This document shows positions 8,894 through 18,251 of a stretch of DNA of 64,000 bases, in pieces. The DNA is from an uncultured Sneathiella sp. GTDB taxonomy: Bacteria; Pseudomonadota; Alphaproteobacteria; Sneathiellales; Sneathiellaceae. Position numbers and translations under genes: made by a program. The number at the start of each line of letters is the position of its first letter. The first letter of the stretch is position 1. The stretch lies in the NCBI RefSeq assembly GCF_963976355.1, contig NZ_CAXBKA010000002.1, positions 598,711-662,710 on the forward strand, read 5' to 3'. The notes beneath the pieces were generated by a model that saw only the letters and a list, made by a program, of their open reading frames with translations, did not search any database and was not told the origin of the DNA.

Positions 8894-9846
8894 TGCCGGA
8901 ACTCAACATGCTGCCCGTCTCAGAATGGCTGCCGCTAACGGCCTTCGCCGTTTTCCTGCTGAGCGGGATTATTCTCTTGCTGTTTGCCCATCGTCAGATC
9001 GGCAGGCGGAGCCGGATATTGACCGCGCGGCTTACCGGGTTGCAGGGGATGCGCGAAGCGACGCCGGTGCCGCTCACGCCGCTGCCGGAGATGACGACGC
9101 TCTATACTGCGGAGATTCCAGCGCGAAACTGGCGCGAAAAGATTACCTCGCGCCTCGGCATGCTGCTGCTCGCGTCCGGCCTTGTTGGCGCGCTTCTGAT
9201 TGCGGGTTTTGTTGGTTTCCCTCTCATTACAGGTTCCCTCCTTCTCGGCGGTGTCCTCCTTACCGCCGCCGTGATCTCCTTTCGGATATACCGGCGCAGG
9301 GCCCGCCAGCAGCGGTTTGTCGAGCAGTTGCCGGAGGCTATCGACATCATTATCCGTGGCGCCCGCGTCGGCATGTCCCTGCAGGAGAATTTTCAGGTCA
9401 TCGCGCGGGAGATGCCGGACCCGGTGGGCAGCACTTTTCGCATTCTCGCCGAGAAGCTCGCGATCGGTATCGACCTTGAAACCGCGCTTGACGCGACCGT
9501 TCGCTCTATCGGGGTGAAAGAACTGCAATTCATGGCGACGACCCTGATCCTGCAACGGCGCACCGGCGGGCAGTATGCGGAGGTGCTCGAAAATCTGGCG
9601 CAGGTGCTGCGTGACCGGCGGGCGCAGGCCTTGAAAGCGCGGGCGCTGACATCGGAAGCGCGCATGTCGGCGCGCATCGTGACCGGCGTGACGGGGGTAA
9701 TACTGCTCATCATGTCGATCACCAACCGGGCGCAGCTGGAATTCCTTTTCGTGGACCCGCTGGGCCAGAACCTGCTGATCTATTCCGCCATCAGCATCCT
9801 CTTCGGGTTTTTCATCATCTCCCGCCTGCTGGGGACATTGAAATAA
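8890..9846 (+). CDS. tadB: Tad inner-membrane platform protein TadB (T2SSF domain)
   Basis: 318 aa polytopic protein with an ATGA start/stop overlap with cpaF and the conserved locus position. Confidence 0.85.
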   Translation: MMPELNMLPVSEWLPLTAFAVFLLSGIILLLFAHRQIGRRSRILTARLTGLQGMREATPVPLTPLPEMTTLYTAEIPARNWREKITSRLGMLLLASGLVGALLIAGFVGFPLITGSLLLGGVLLTAAVISFRIYRRRARQQRFVEQLPEAIDIIIRGARVGMSLQENFQVIAREMPDPVGSTFRILAEKLAIGIDLETALDATVRSIGVKELQFMATTLILQRRTGGQYAEVLENLAQVLRDRRAQALKARALTSEARMSARIVTGVTGVILLIMSITNRAQLEFLFVDPLGQNLLIYSAISILFGFFIISRLLGTLK

Positions 9847-10814
9847 TGGACATCCGGATCGATACAGGGGAGGAGGTTGTGCTGCTGGCGATGATGGCGC
9901 TCTGCTTTCTGCTGGCGGGTCTCCTGTTCATTGCCGCCGTCCGGGCAAAAAAGACGGAACTTGTCGATCGTCGGCTCGGCGGGGTTCTGCTGGATAAGCC
10001 AGTACCTGCAAGAAAGCGCGACGTGCCACTCCGGATCGATCTTGAAAAAGAGAAGGAGCCGGAGGTGCGCGCGGGCAAGACAACGGCGTCCGTCCTCTCC
10101 GGCCTGATCGGAAGCCGGGGTCTCAACCGGCGGCTCATCCGGGCGGGCTATGATCCCGGAAAATACCGCCGCCCTTTTTATATCGCGCGAATCCTCTGTT
10201 TCTGCCTGGAGGCGTTTCTGGCGGCACTCCTGTTCGATGCGGCATTGGCGGATCAGTTCGGACCTCTGATCACCGCCGCCCTTGTTCTCGCCGCCGGGAT
10301 CAGCGGGAGTTTCTTGCCCAACATGCTGCTGAAATTTCGCATCCGGCAGCGGCGCAGGCGGATCGAACGGGCGATGCCCGATATGATCGATCTGCTTATC
10401 CTCTGTGTCGAGGCGGGGCTGACCCTCGAGACCGCGCTTGTCCGCACCATCGAGGGGTTGGAGCCCTTCGCGCCGGAGGTTGCCGCCGAGATGAAGATTA
10501 CCTTAAGCGAGCTTCGGATCCTGCCCGATAAATCCATGGCGCTCACCAATCTTGCCGATCGCACGGCGTCGAAAAGCCTGAAATATCTCGTGCTGTCGCT
10601 GCGTCAGGCGGAACGCTATGGCACCTCGATCACCGGGGCGCTGAAGGCGGTGGCGATGGAGAACAGGAAAATGGCCATACTGGAGCTGGAGAATAACGCG
10701 TCCCGGATGCCCGCGCTGCTGAGCGTCCCCCTCATTCTTTTTATCTTGCCACCGGTCGTGGCCATTTCCGCCGGGCCCGGCTTTGCGTTGATGATGCGAA
10801 CGATTGGAGGATAA
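9846..10814 (+). CDS. tadC: Tad inner-membrane platform protein TadC (T2SSF domain)
   Basis: 322 aa. It overlaps the tadB stop by 1 nt and is a paralog-like partner of TadB. Confidence 0.85.
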   Translation: MDIRIDTGEEVVLLAMMALCFLLAGLLFIAAVRAKKTELVDRRLGGVLLDKPVPARKRDVPLRIDLEKEKEPEVRAGKTTASVLSGLIGSRGLNRRLIRAGYDPGKYRRPFYIARILCFCLEAFLAALLFDAALADQFGPLITAALVLAAGISGSFLPNMLLKFRIRQRRRRIERAMPDMIDLLILCVEAGLTLETALVRTIEGLEPFAPEVAAEMKITLSELRILPDKSMALTNLADRTASKSLKYLVLSLRQAERYGTSITGALKAVAMENRKMAILELENNASRMPALLSVPLILFILPPVVAISAGPGFALMMRTIGG

Positions 10815-10815
10815 T

Positions 10816-11637
10816 ATGCTGTGCCGACTATTGCTTCTGGCCCTGATTGCCGCAATCTTCTCCGGCTGCGCCATGCCGGAGGGTGATCTGGATGCGCAAA
10901 CCCTGTTCGAGGATAAGGCCGCGCGGGAGCGGGCCCTCAAAATCGCGGATATATCGGTCGAGTCCGGTAATTTCCCGGCGGCCATTGATATATATCAGAA
11001 AATCCTGACCAAGAACCGCTTTGACGAGCCGGTTCTCTATCGGTTGGGGGAAACCTATCTCAAGGCCGGAGCGCCGCAGGAGGCCGTCACCGTCTTTGAA
11101 AATCTGGAAGCCTTGACGCCGGAGGATGTCCGCCCCTGTCTCGGGCTCGGCCGCGCCAACCTCTCTCTTTACCGGCCGGAAACGGCTGATCTGTATTTTG
11201 CCAAATGCACCGAGATTGACGGCGAGAATATAGAGGCGCTGAGCGGGCGCGGCATTGCGCTCGATATGGCCGGTGCTCATCAACAGGCGCGGGAGAATTA
11301 TAGCCGTGCCCTGATGATCGCGCCGGACGATATGGGCATCCGCAACAACCTCGCGCTTTCCTATCTGATGGCGGGGGAATATGACGCGGCCATCAAGGCC
11401 CTCGCGCCGCTTGCCTTCACCCCGAAATCGACGGCGGTGATCCGCCAGAATCTCGCCATGGCCTACGGCCTTGCCGGGGATGAGGCGTCGGCGGCGCGGA
11501 TTGCCCGGCTCGACCTCGACCATCCGACGGTGGAGAATAACCTCCGATTCTATCGGCAAGTCCGGCGGATGGAGGATACGAGCCTGCTCCGGCGATTGCT
11601 TGTCGGTCCGCGCATGGTGGAGGAAACCCACTCGTGA
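10816..11637 (+). CDS. TPR-repeat lipoprotein, TadD/CpaI-like
   Basis: Lipobox IFSGC after MLCRLLLLALIAA, followed by TPR-like repeats. ATG 10816 is preceded by GGAGGA; the listed ORF starts at TTG 10804. Confidence 0.75.
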   Translation: MLCRLLLLALIAAIFSGCAMPEGDLDAQTLFEDKAARERALKIADISVESGNFPAAIDIYQKILTKNRFDEPVLYRLGETYLKAGAPQEAVTVFENLEALTPEDVRPCLGLGRANLSLYRPETADLYFAKCTEIDGENIEALSGRGIALDMAGAHQQARENYSRALMIAPDDMGIRNNLALSYLMAGEYDAAIKALAPLAFTPKSTAVIRQNLAMAYGLAGDEASAARIARLDLDHPTVENNLRFYRQVRRMEDTSLLRRLLVGPRMVEETHS

Positions 11638-12128
11638 CGCTGCCGCTCCAGACATACGCGCGATTGCGGGAGGAGCGGGGCTCGCTCGCCGTTGAGCTTG
11701 CCATCCTGCTGCCGATTGTCTTTGCCATTGTCTTCGCCGCGATCGACATCAGCCGGGTTCTACTCGCCCGCGGCCTTGTCGATCAGCTCGGCGTCGAGCT
11801 TGCGGGCAGCCTGAAATATGAAACAACTCCGGCGGCACGCGCCCTGCTGACGGAAGCAGCGCTTCAGGGGCAGTTATCGTCGCTGTCCTCGAACCTCGGC
11901 GGTGGATTGATCGATACATCCCGGCTCAGCCTGTCCGTCCTTTCCTATGACGACCTTCCGGCGTTTGTGAGCGAGACAGCGGGCGGCGCCCTGATCGGCC
12001 TGCCCGAAGCGGTGACCGCCATCCGTCTTGACTATGCGGTGCCGCTGACGACGCCCTTTGCGAATTTCTTCTATGAGACAGGCGAACTTGTCCAGTCGTC
12101 GATCATGGTTATCAACAATGGCCGATAA
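11634..12128 (+). CDS. tadE: TadE-like pseudopilin
   Basis: N-terminal prepilin-like site ERG/SLAVELAILLPIVF. GTGA overlap with the upstream stop. Confidence 0.7.
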   Translation: MTLPLQTYARLREERGSLAVELAILLPIVFAIVFAAIDISRVLLARGLVDQLGVELAGSLKYETTPAARALLTEAALQGQLSSLSSNLGGGLIDTSRLSLSVLSYDDLPAFVSETAGGALIGLPEAVTAIRLDYAVPLTTPFANFFYETGELVQSSIMVINNGR

Positions 12129-12675
12129 CACGCTGAAAAATAATCAAAAAAGCATTCTCCGGGATCAGCGGGGCAGCCTGGCGGTTGAGGTGGCGCTGAT
12201 CGTCCCGGCGATCATGTTCCTGCTGCTCGCGGGTGTGACCCTTGCGCATATTGTGCAACTGACCCGGACGACGGACCGGGTGGCCGCCCTGATGGCGGAT
12301 GATCTGTCGCTTAAATCCGGGTTGATCGAGGCGGATTTCGATACGGTTCTGGCGGCAGCGGCGGGCGTGATTGGTGAAAGCGGGTTCCCGGCGGCGATCC
12401 GGGTTGATTTGTCGGCACTGGAGCTCTCCGAGGACGGCAGCGCGATTATTCTCTGGAGCCGGAGCCGGTCAAATGGCGGGCTTGCCTGCGCCCCGGCGTC
12501 ACCGGCCTTGCCCGCGCCCGGTGACGGGGCCACGCTTCAGTTCATTCTGGTCGATCTCTGCGTTACCCCGGCGGAGGGCTTCTTCCTCTCCAGCTTTCTC
12601 AACGTGACCGGTTTCACGCTGCATGGCCGGGCGCTTGCCGTCGGGCGGAAGGCGGCTGTCCGCAGCCTGGGTTGA
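12118..12675 (+). CDS. TadE/TadF-like pseudopilin
   Basis: N-terminal QRG/SLAVEVALIVPAIMF, nearly identical to the site in the preceding gene. The start is moved to ATG 12118 (MADNTLK). Confidence 0.65.
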   Translation: MADNTLKNNQKSILRDQRGSLAVEVALIVPAIMFLLLAGVTLAHIVQLTRTTDRVAALMADDLSLKSGLIEADFDTVLAAAAGVIGESGFPAAIRVDLSALELSEDGSAIILWSRSRSNGGLACAPASPALPAPGDGATLQFILVDLCVTPAEGFFLSSFLNVTGFTLHGRALAVGRKAAVRSLG

Positions 12676-13994
12676 TGAGGGCCCGCGCCGTGCTCCGCCG
12701 CTTCAGCCAGTCCGAGGACGGCGCGGCGCTGCTTATTTTTACGCTGACATTGTTCATTGTCCTCGGCGGGATCGCCTTTGCCATCGATGCCTCGCGGTTT
12801 TTTGCCGCGAAATCACGTCTTGCCCTGGCGACGGAGATGGCCGCCGTCGCCGCCGCAAAGAACCTGCGTTTTCTGGATATCCCGGCGGTGGAGCAGCTCG
12901 CGGTGGATATGGTCCGCGCCAATTTCGCGGGCGCCAGCCTGCTCAACTATGCGAGTGCGACCGCTGTGCCTCCCGCCGTTACCCTGACCCCTGATCTGGA
13001 GACGGGCGAGGTGACGGTCGAGAGCAGCGCGACGGTCCCGACAACCCTCTTGCGGGCGCTGAACTTCATGGATGATGTCACGGTTTCGGCGCGCATCACC
13101 GCCCGTCAGGAAAGGCCGGAGGCGGAGGTCGCCCTCGTTCTGGAGGCGTCCGATGCGATGGAAAACTCCGGCCGGCTGGCGGAGGTCAGGACCGCCGCGA
13201 GTGCCTTTATCTCGGCTATGGAGGCGGAGGTGCCGCAAGGCGCAGGTGTGAAATGGGGCTTTGTTCCCTTCGGCAATGCCATGGTCAATGTCGCGCCGCA
13301 TTCGGACTGGATCGAGAGTGGAAGCTGGCCCCTGAGCCTGCCGCCGGTCATTCCGGGAACCACGGGATGGATGGGCCTGCTCGCCGAAGATCGATGGTGC
13401 GTCTCCCCGCGGAGCGGACCGGTGGGGGAGAATGATACGCCGCCGGGTCTTGCGCGGTTTCCGCTTGTCCTCAGCCTGTCTTCAATGTCGACACCGCCTC
13501 TCGGCCTTCCGCATTTTACCAATGTAACAACGGCGGACTGCCGGGAGGAGCGGATCTTGCCGCTCGGTGACGGGGCGACGCTGCTCGGCGCCCTCAGCAG
13601 TCTTGGCGGTAATGGCGATGCCGCCTATGGCCGGGGGATGCTGTGGGCGGAACGGCTGCTATCGCCGCAATGGCAGGGGGTCTGGACCGGCGATAGCACC
13701 ATCCCGGCGGCCTATGATGATACGATAATCGAGAAGGTGGCGCTGCTGCTCGCAAGTTCCGTCGCCAGCGACATATCGGAGAATACGCGCCTTGCGGATA
13801 CCTGCGCGCGGATGAAAGGCAACGGCATCCATCTCTATACCATCGATTATTTCGCCCCGGCGGCGACCTCCACTCTCCTGCAAGGCTGTGCCAGCACCGC
13901 CGGGCATTATTTCAGGGTGACGGATGCGGCGGGGCTGAACCAGGCTTTTCAGTCAATCGCCCGCTTCCTGACCATCGTCCGTTTTCCGGGATAG
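12672..13994 (+). CDS. tadG: TadG-like pilus assembly protein with a vWA-like domain
   Basis: N-terminal TadE/G-type hydrophobic segment EDGAALLIFTLTLFIVLGGIAFAIDASRF. The central EVALVLEASDAM block resembles a degenerate vWA MIDAS strand. Confidence 0.7.
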   Translation: MMRARAVLRRFSQSEDGAALLIFTLTLFIVLGGIAFAIDASRFFAAKSRLALATEMAAVAAAKNLRFLDIPAVEQLAVDMVRANFAGASLLNYASATAVPPAVTLTPDLETGEVTVESSATVPTTLLRALNFMDDVTVSARITARQERPEAEVALVLEASDAMENSGRLAEVRTAASAFISAMEAEVPQGAGVKWGFVPFGNAMVNVAPHSDWIESGSWPLSLPPVIPGTTGWMGLLAEDRWCVSPRSGPVGENDTPPGLARFPLVLSLSSMSTPPLGLPHFTNVTTADCREERILPLGDGATLLGALSSLGGNGDAAYGRGMLWAERLLSPQWQGVWTGDSTIPAAYDDTIIEKVALLLASSVASDISENTRLADTCARMKGNGIHLYTIDYFAPAATSTLLQGCASTAGHYFRVTDAAGLNQAFQSIARFLTIVRFPG

Positions 13995-14867
13995 CTCGGG
14001 CCAGCCCTCAGGGACAATGAAACAGCGCTCGGTTTTGTTGCCATTTTTCAGGGCGACAAGTTGCGGCGCCGGTCTCGATTCAAACTGCCGGGTGAGATAG
14101 TTGGCCAGATCGTCGGCGCCGCCTTCCATTGTTTCGCCCGCGTGAAATTCCGGTGTGATCCAGCGTTTCTTCGCCAGCGGCAGGAAGCGAACGACCGTCT
14201 TAAAGCGGGGGCTCTGCAACTCTCTGATCGTCAGCCAGCCTCCGCTCAGGCTGTCATCCGCAATCCGCGATGGCAGAAGCCTTTGAGTGGCGCCGAGCGG
14301 ATGGAACAGGCATCCCTTGACCCAGGGGTGGGAGGTAATCTCTCCAATGCCGAGCGCTTCCAGCTTCTCCCGCGTCTCAGGTCGTGCCGGCAGGGCAAGC
14401 TGATGGTCATACATCCGGTGGAACTTGTGGGCGAGAGTGTCTTTCTGCATGGGGCCGACGAAATCGGCCTCTTCCTGCCCGCTCCCGATATTGAGATAGA
14501 ATTTGACGGCCAGCTCCCAGTGATAGGCCTTGCCGTTCTGGGTGAAGACCAGATCAAGCTCGCCGAGGCTGCGCCTGTCCCGGTAGATCCGGATATTGCT
14601 GCCGATGACCTCGACTGAGGGAAGATTGTTCAGCCAGAAAATCACCAGCTGCTCGAAATAGCGCCCGAGATTGAGGCGCGGCGTCGCGGCAAGGTGGCTG
14701 AGCAGGGGCGCGGGATCCGTCGCCAGCCGCTCCAGAAGCAGGGCGGTTTCCGGATGATGGGCAAGTTCCGGTTCTGCGCGATGTTTGAGCAGGAAGGGCG
14801 AGGTGATCACCCATTGAAGATCACGTAAGGAAAAGGGCGGTATGGCGGGCGTACCGTCCGGCATCAT
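13953..14867 (-). CDS. DUF1853-family protein
   Basis: 304 aa. The blocks YFEQLVIFWL and GELDLVF..WELAVKFYL are what I recall for DUF1853. It is the last gene of a four-gene overlapping operon. Confidence 0.55.
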   Translation of the reverse strand: MMPDGTPAIPPFSLRDLQWVITSPFLLKHRAEPELAHHPETALLLERLATDPAPLLSHLAATPRLNLGRYFEQLVIFWLNNLPSVEVIGSNIRIYRDRRSLGELDLVFTQNGKAYHWELAVKFYLNIGSGQEEADFVGPMQKDTLAHKFHRMYDHQLALPARPETREKLEALGIGEITSHPWVKGCLFHPLGATQRLLPSRIADDSLSGGWLTIRELQSPRFKTVVRFLPLAKKRWITPEFHAGETMEGGADDLANYLTRQFESRPAPQLVALKNGNKTERCFIVPEGWPELSRKTDDGQEAGD

Positions 14868-15700
14868 CCGTACAGGCTGTAGAACATGCGAAGGGAGGTG
14901 ACGAACAGGAAGAAGGCGAAGGTCTTCTTGAGAAGCCCCGCGTTGATCCTGTGGGCGATACGGGCGCCGACCGGCGCGAACAGGGTGGCCATGGGAAAGA
15001 TCACCAGAAAGCCCAGAATATTGACATAGCCGATATTGCCGGGCGGCAGGTTCTGAACCTCAAGGCCCGAGATCAGGAAACCGATGGTGCCCGGTATGGC
15101 GATGATCAGCCCGACGGCGGCGGCGGTGCCGACGGCCCTGCGGATGGGATAGCTGCAAAGGGTGAGGATCGGGACGGTGAAGGTGCCGCCGCCAATCCCC
15201 ATCATCGCCGAAAATCCGCCGATAAAAAGGGCGAGCATCTCCTTGAAGGGCGATTTGGGAAGTCCGGCGGAAAGAGACTTGTTTTCCGGGCGAAACGCCA
15301 TATTCGCGGCCACGACAAGCGCCAGCACGGCAAAGACGAGGGTGAGCATGCCGGCATCCGAAAAGCTGGCGACGATCGTACCGATGATGACGCCGATGAA
15401 GATCACCGGCCCCCAGCTCTTGAGCAGCGCCGTATCGATCGAACCCTTCTTGTAATGCGACCGGGCGGAGGAGATGGAGGTCGGGATGATCACGGCAAGC
15501 GAAGTGCCGATGGCGACATGAATACGGATGTCGTCATCGACGCCAAAGAAGGGCAGGATGTTGTAGAGCACCGGCACAATCACGATCCCGCCGCCAACGC
15601 CCAGCAGTCCGGCGAGGATGCCGCCGATAATCCCTGTTGCCGCCATTCCCGCAATCAGGCCGATGAGCAGCGGCAGGGAAATATCGGCAAAGATAGTCAT
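14864..15700 (-). CDS. TauE/SafE-family anion (sulfite-type) exporter membrane protein
   Basis: 278 aa, about 8 TM segments, with the glycine-rich repeats GLLGVGGGIVIVP and MMGIGGGTFTVP characteristic of TauE/SafE. Confidence 0.85.
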   Translation of the reverse strand: MTIFADISLPLLIGLIAGMAATGIIGGILAGLLGVGGGIVIVPVLYNILPFFGVDDDIRIHVAIGTSLAVIIPTSISSARSHYKKGSIDTALLKSWGPVIFIGVIIGTIVASFSDAGMLTLVFAVLALVVAANMAFRPENKSLSAGLPKSPFKEMLALFIGGFSAMMGIGGGTFTVPILTLCSYPIRRAVGTAAAVGLIIAIPGTIGFLISGLEVQNLPPGNIGYVNILGFLVIFPMATLFAPVGARIAHRINAGLLKKTFAFFLFVTSLRMFYSLYG

Positions 15701-17130
15701 GAGCTTTTCAGAAGATCGCGGATGATCAGTTCGAGCTTGTTGAGCGAGTTGCAGGTCTCGGCGGTGGTGCAGTTGGGGGCGATGCGTGGCATTTCCGAAT
15801 CCCCCGACCCCCAGATCGATTTCCGCTCCGGGTTGAGCCAGATGACCCGCTTCGCCCGCTGTTTGATCTCTTTCAGGATATCAGCCCGCGGATCGGAGCC
15901 ATTGGAGCGGCCGTCTCCCAGGAAAATCACGGTCGTCTTGTTATCGATCTCGTCAAAGACAAGTTCCTTCAGATCGATCATGGCCTGCCCGTAGTCCGTT
16001 GACCGGCCACCAAATTCATCGATGGCCATGGGCACAGCCTCCTCCGGGCCATAGCGATCGAACAGCTCGGTAACCTCGCCAAGGGTGCCGGAAAAGGCGA
16101 AGGATCGGACTTTCGGCAGTACTTCATTGAGGCTGTAGAGAAACAGGAGGAGAAACCTTGCCACCGCAGCGACGGAGCCGGAGACATCACAGACCGCGAT
16201 GACCTTCGGCCGATCCTTGTGCTTTTGCTTCCAGTGGGTTTCGAACAGGATTCCGTCATAGGCGACATTGCGGCGCATGGTCTTGCGGATATCGAGATGG
16301 CCGCGATTCTTGACCTTGCGCACCCGGGAGTTCATATCCGTCAGCCGCTTCGCCATGCGCCGGACGAGATCGCGCATATGCTTGAAATCGCGCTGCTCGA
16401 TATTGGAGAGGCGGACATTTTTTAGGATATCCTGCCGGAACTGCTTGGCCTTGCCGCTGCTGGTGAGGGCAAGTTGCCGCTCCACCATGTCGCGGACCGA
16501 ATCGAACAGGAGCTCCAGCCGCTCCTCGAGCCGCTCCGCCCCCTCGGTATCGCCCTCCTTGTTCCTCTTTGAAATTTCCTTGTTGACCTGATCGAGGCCC
16601 ATTCCCTCCATGATCCGGCGGGTATAGAGGCCGCGTTGCGTCATCAGGACGATGTTGCGAAGGTTGGCGGCATTCGCCGCCGCTGTCATCGCCATGGCAA
16701 GCTCGGTCCGGTCGTTTTGCTCAAGCAGCTCAAGGAGGGAGGTCGCGGGTCCGCTCGATTGCTCTCCCGACATGCCGCCGCCGCCTTCGCCGCCGCCGGA
16801 GGCCGGGCCGGGCGCAACCTCGTTATCATTGGCCTGGTCGGTTTCGGGCGGACCGGATGGCGTCTCGTCTGAGGACGGGTCTTCTTCCTCAACCTCTGGC
16901 GCCAGATCCGGGTTGATGTTGTAGCTGAAAAATTCATCGAAACAGCGATCGAAATTTTCATGCTCCTCCACCGTTTTCGCCATAACCTGCGCCAATGCCG
17001 TTTTCAGCAGCCCGCGATCCTCATAGCCGAAAATCCGCACGGTTTCGGCGGCATCGACGCTTTCGGAAATCGATACGGGAACATCCGAATAGCGCAGCAT
17101 TTCCACAAAATCGGCGAGCGGCTTATCCAT
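15697..17130 (-). CDS. VWA-domain protein, CoxE-like
   Basis: 477 aa. It has an acidic low-complexity linker, then a vWA MIDAS block VIAVCDVSGSVA. It is translationally coupled to the MoxR ATPase (TGATG overlap). Confidence 0.75.
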   Translation of the reverse strand: MDKPLADFVEMLRYSDVPVSISESVDAAETVRIFGYEDRGLLKTALAQVMAKTVEEHENFDRCFDEFFSYNINPDLAPEVEEEDPSSDETPSGPPETDQANDNEVAPGPASGGGEGGGGMSGEQSSGPATSLLELLEQNDRTELAMAMTAAANAANLRNIVLMTQRGLYTRRIMEGMGLDQVNKEISKRNKEGDTEGAERLEERLELLFDSVRDMVERQLALTSSGKAKQFRQDILKNVRLSNIEQRDFKHMRDLVRRMAKRLTDMNSRVRKVKNRGHLDIRKTMRRNVAYDGILFETHWKQKHKDRPKVIAVCDVSGSVAAVARFLLLFLYSLNEVLPKVRSFAFSGTLGEVTELFDRYGPEEAVPMAIDEFGGRSTDYGQAMIDLKELVFDEIDNKTTVIFLGDGRSNGSDPRADILKEIKQRAKRVIWLNPERKSIWGSGDSEMPRIAPNCTTAETCNSLNKLELIIRDLLKSS

Positions 17131-18077
17131 CAGCGGGTTTCTTTTTGCGCCACAGCAATGAATTTTGGCACTTCGCTGTGCATGTTGTCGATATCTTCCT
17201 CGAATTTGAGCAGCATGTTGAGCGTGTTGCGTACGAGGTCCACTTCCAGCTTGTCGGCATGGAGCAAGAGCAGCGTTCGGGCCCAGTCGATGGTCTCGCT
17301 GACCGCCGGAAGTTTCTTGAGGTCCTGCGTCCGGAGCTGCTGCACGAAGGAGACAAGCTGGTTACGGAGGTTCTCCTCAAGGTCCGGCACCCGAGTCTGG
17401 ATAATCCGCCGTTCCAGCGACGCATCGGGGAAGGGGATATAAAGATGCAGGCAACGGCGCTTCAGCGCATCGCTCATTTCCCGGGTATTGTTGCTGGTGA
17501 GGAAGACAAGCGGTTTTGTTCTTGCCTTGATCGTACCGATTTCCGGTACGGAAATCTGGTAGTCCGAGAGGATTTCGAGCAAATATGCTTCGAACTCATG
17601 ATCGGACTTGTCGATCTCGTCGATCAGCAGGACGGCTTTGACCTCGGATTTCAGGGCCTGCAACAGCGGGCGCGCCTCCAGGAATTTTTCGGAATAGAAG
17701 CTGTCGCCGAACTGGTGGAGCTTCTCCATTGAAGCCTCCAGCCCGACCGCATCCTCCAACAGGTCCCCAAGTTTTTCCTTCAGGATCTGGGTATAGAGAA
17801 GCTGTTTGCCATATTTCCACTCATAGAGCGCCTTCGATTCGTCGAGCCCCTCATAGCATTGTAGCCGGATCAGCGGCGCCTCCAGTATCTCGGAAGCCGC
17901 CTTGGCGAGTTCCGTCTTGCCGACGCCCGGAGGCCCTTCCACAAGGATTGGTTTATCCAGCTTCTGCGATAAATAGATAGAAGTGGCGATATGGCGATCG
18001 CAGATATAACCCGCGGCCTCAAATCCGGCCTTGATCAGGTCAATTGCAGTTGCTGGGTCTTTATCAATAAGTGTCAC
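17130..18077 (-). CDS. MoxR-family AAA+ ATPase (CoxD-like)
   Basis: Walker A VEGPPGVGKTELAK, Walker B VLLIDEIDK, and a size of 315 aa. Confidence 0.85.
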   Translation of the reverse strand: MTLIDKDPATAIDLIKAGFEAAGYICDRHIATSIYLSQKLDKPILVEGPPGVGKTELAKAASEILEAPLIRLQCYEGLDESKALYEWKYGKQLLYTQILKEKLGDLLEDAVGLEASMEKLHQFGDSFYSEKFLEARPLLQALKSEVKAVLLIDEIDKSDHEFEAYLLEILSDYQISVPEIGTIKARTKPLVFLTSNNTREMSDALKRRCLHLYIPFPDASLERRIIQTRVPDLEENLRNQLVSFVQQLRTQDLKKLPAVSETIDWARTLLLLHADKLEVDLVRNTLNMLLKFEEDIDNMHSEVPKFIAVAQKETR

Positions 18078-18251
18078 GTATCGGTTCCATGTTATTATTA
18101 TTGTTCAGTCAATATAAGCGCATATCTATTCAATATCAGGCCCGCCCGCGCTTTGCCAGTGCTATCCAACTGGACAGGCAAGGTCGGGCGCGGTAAAAAG
18201 CGGCAACAATGCGGCCGAATATGCCGCATTTTACGGCTTAGGTGAACGGAA

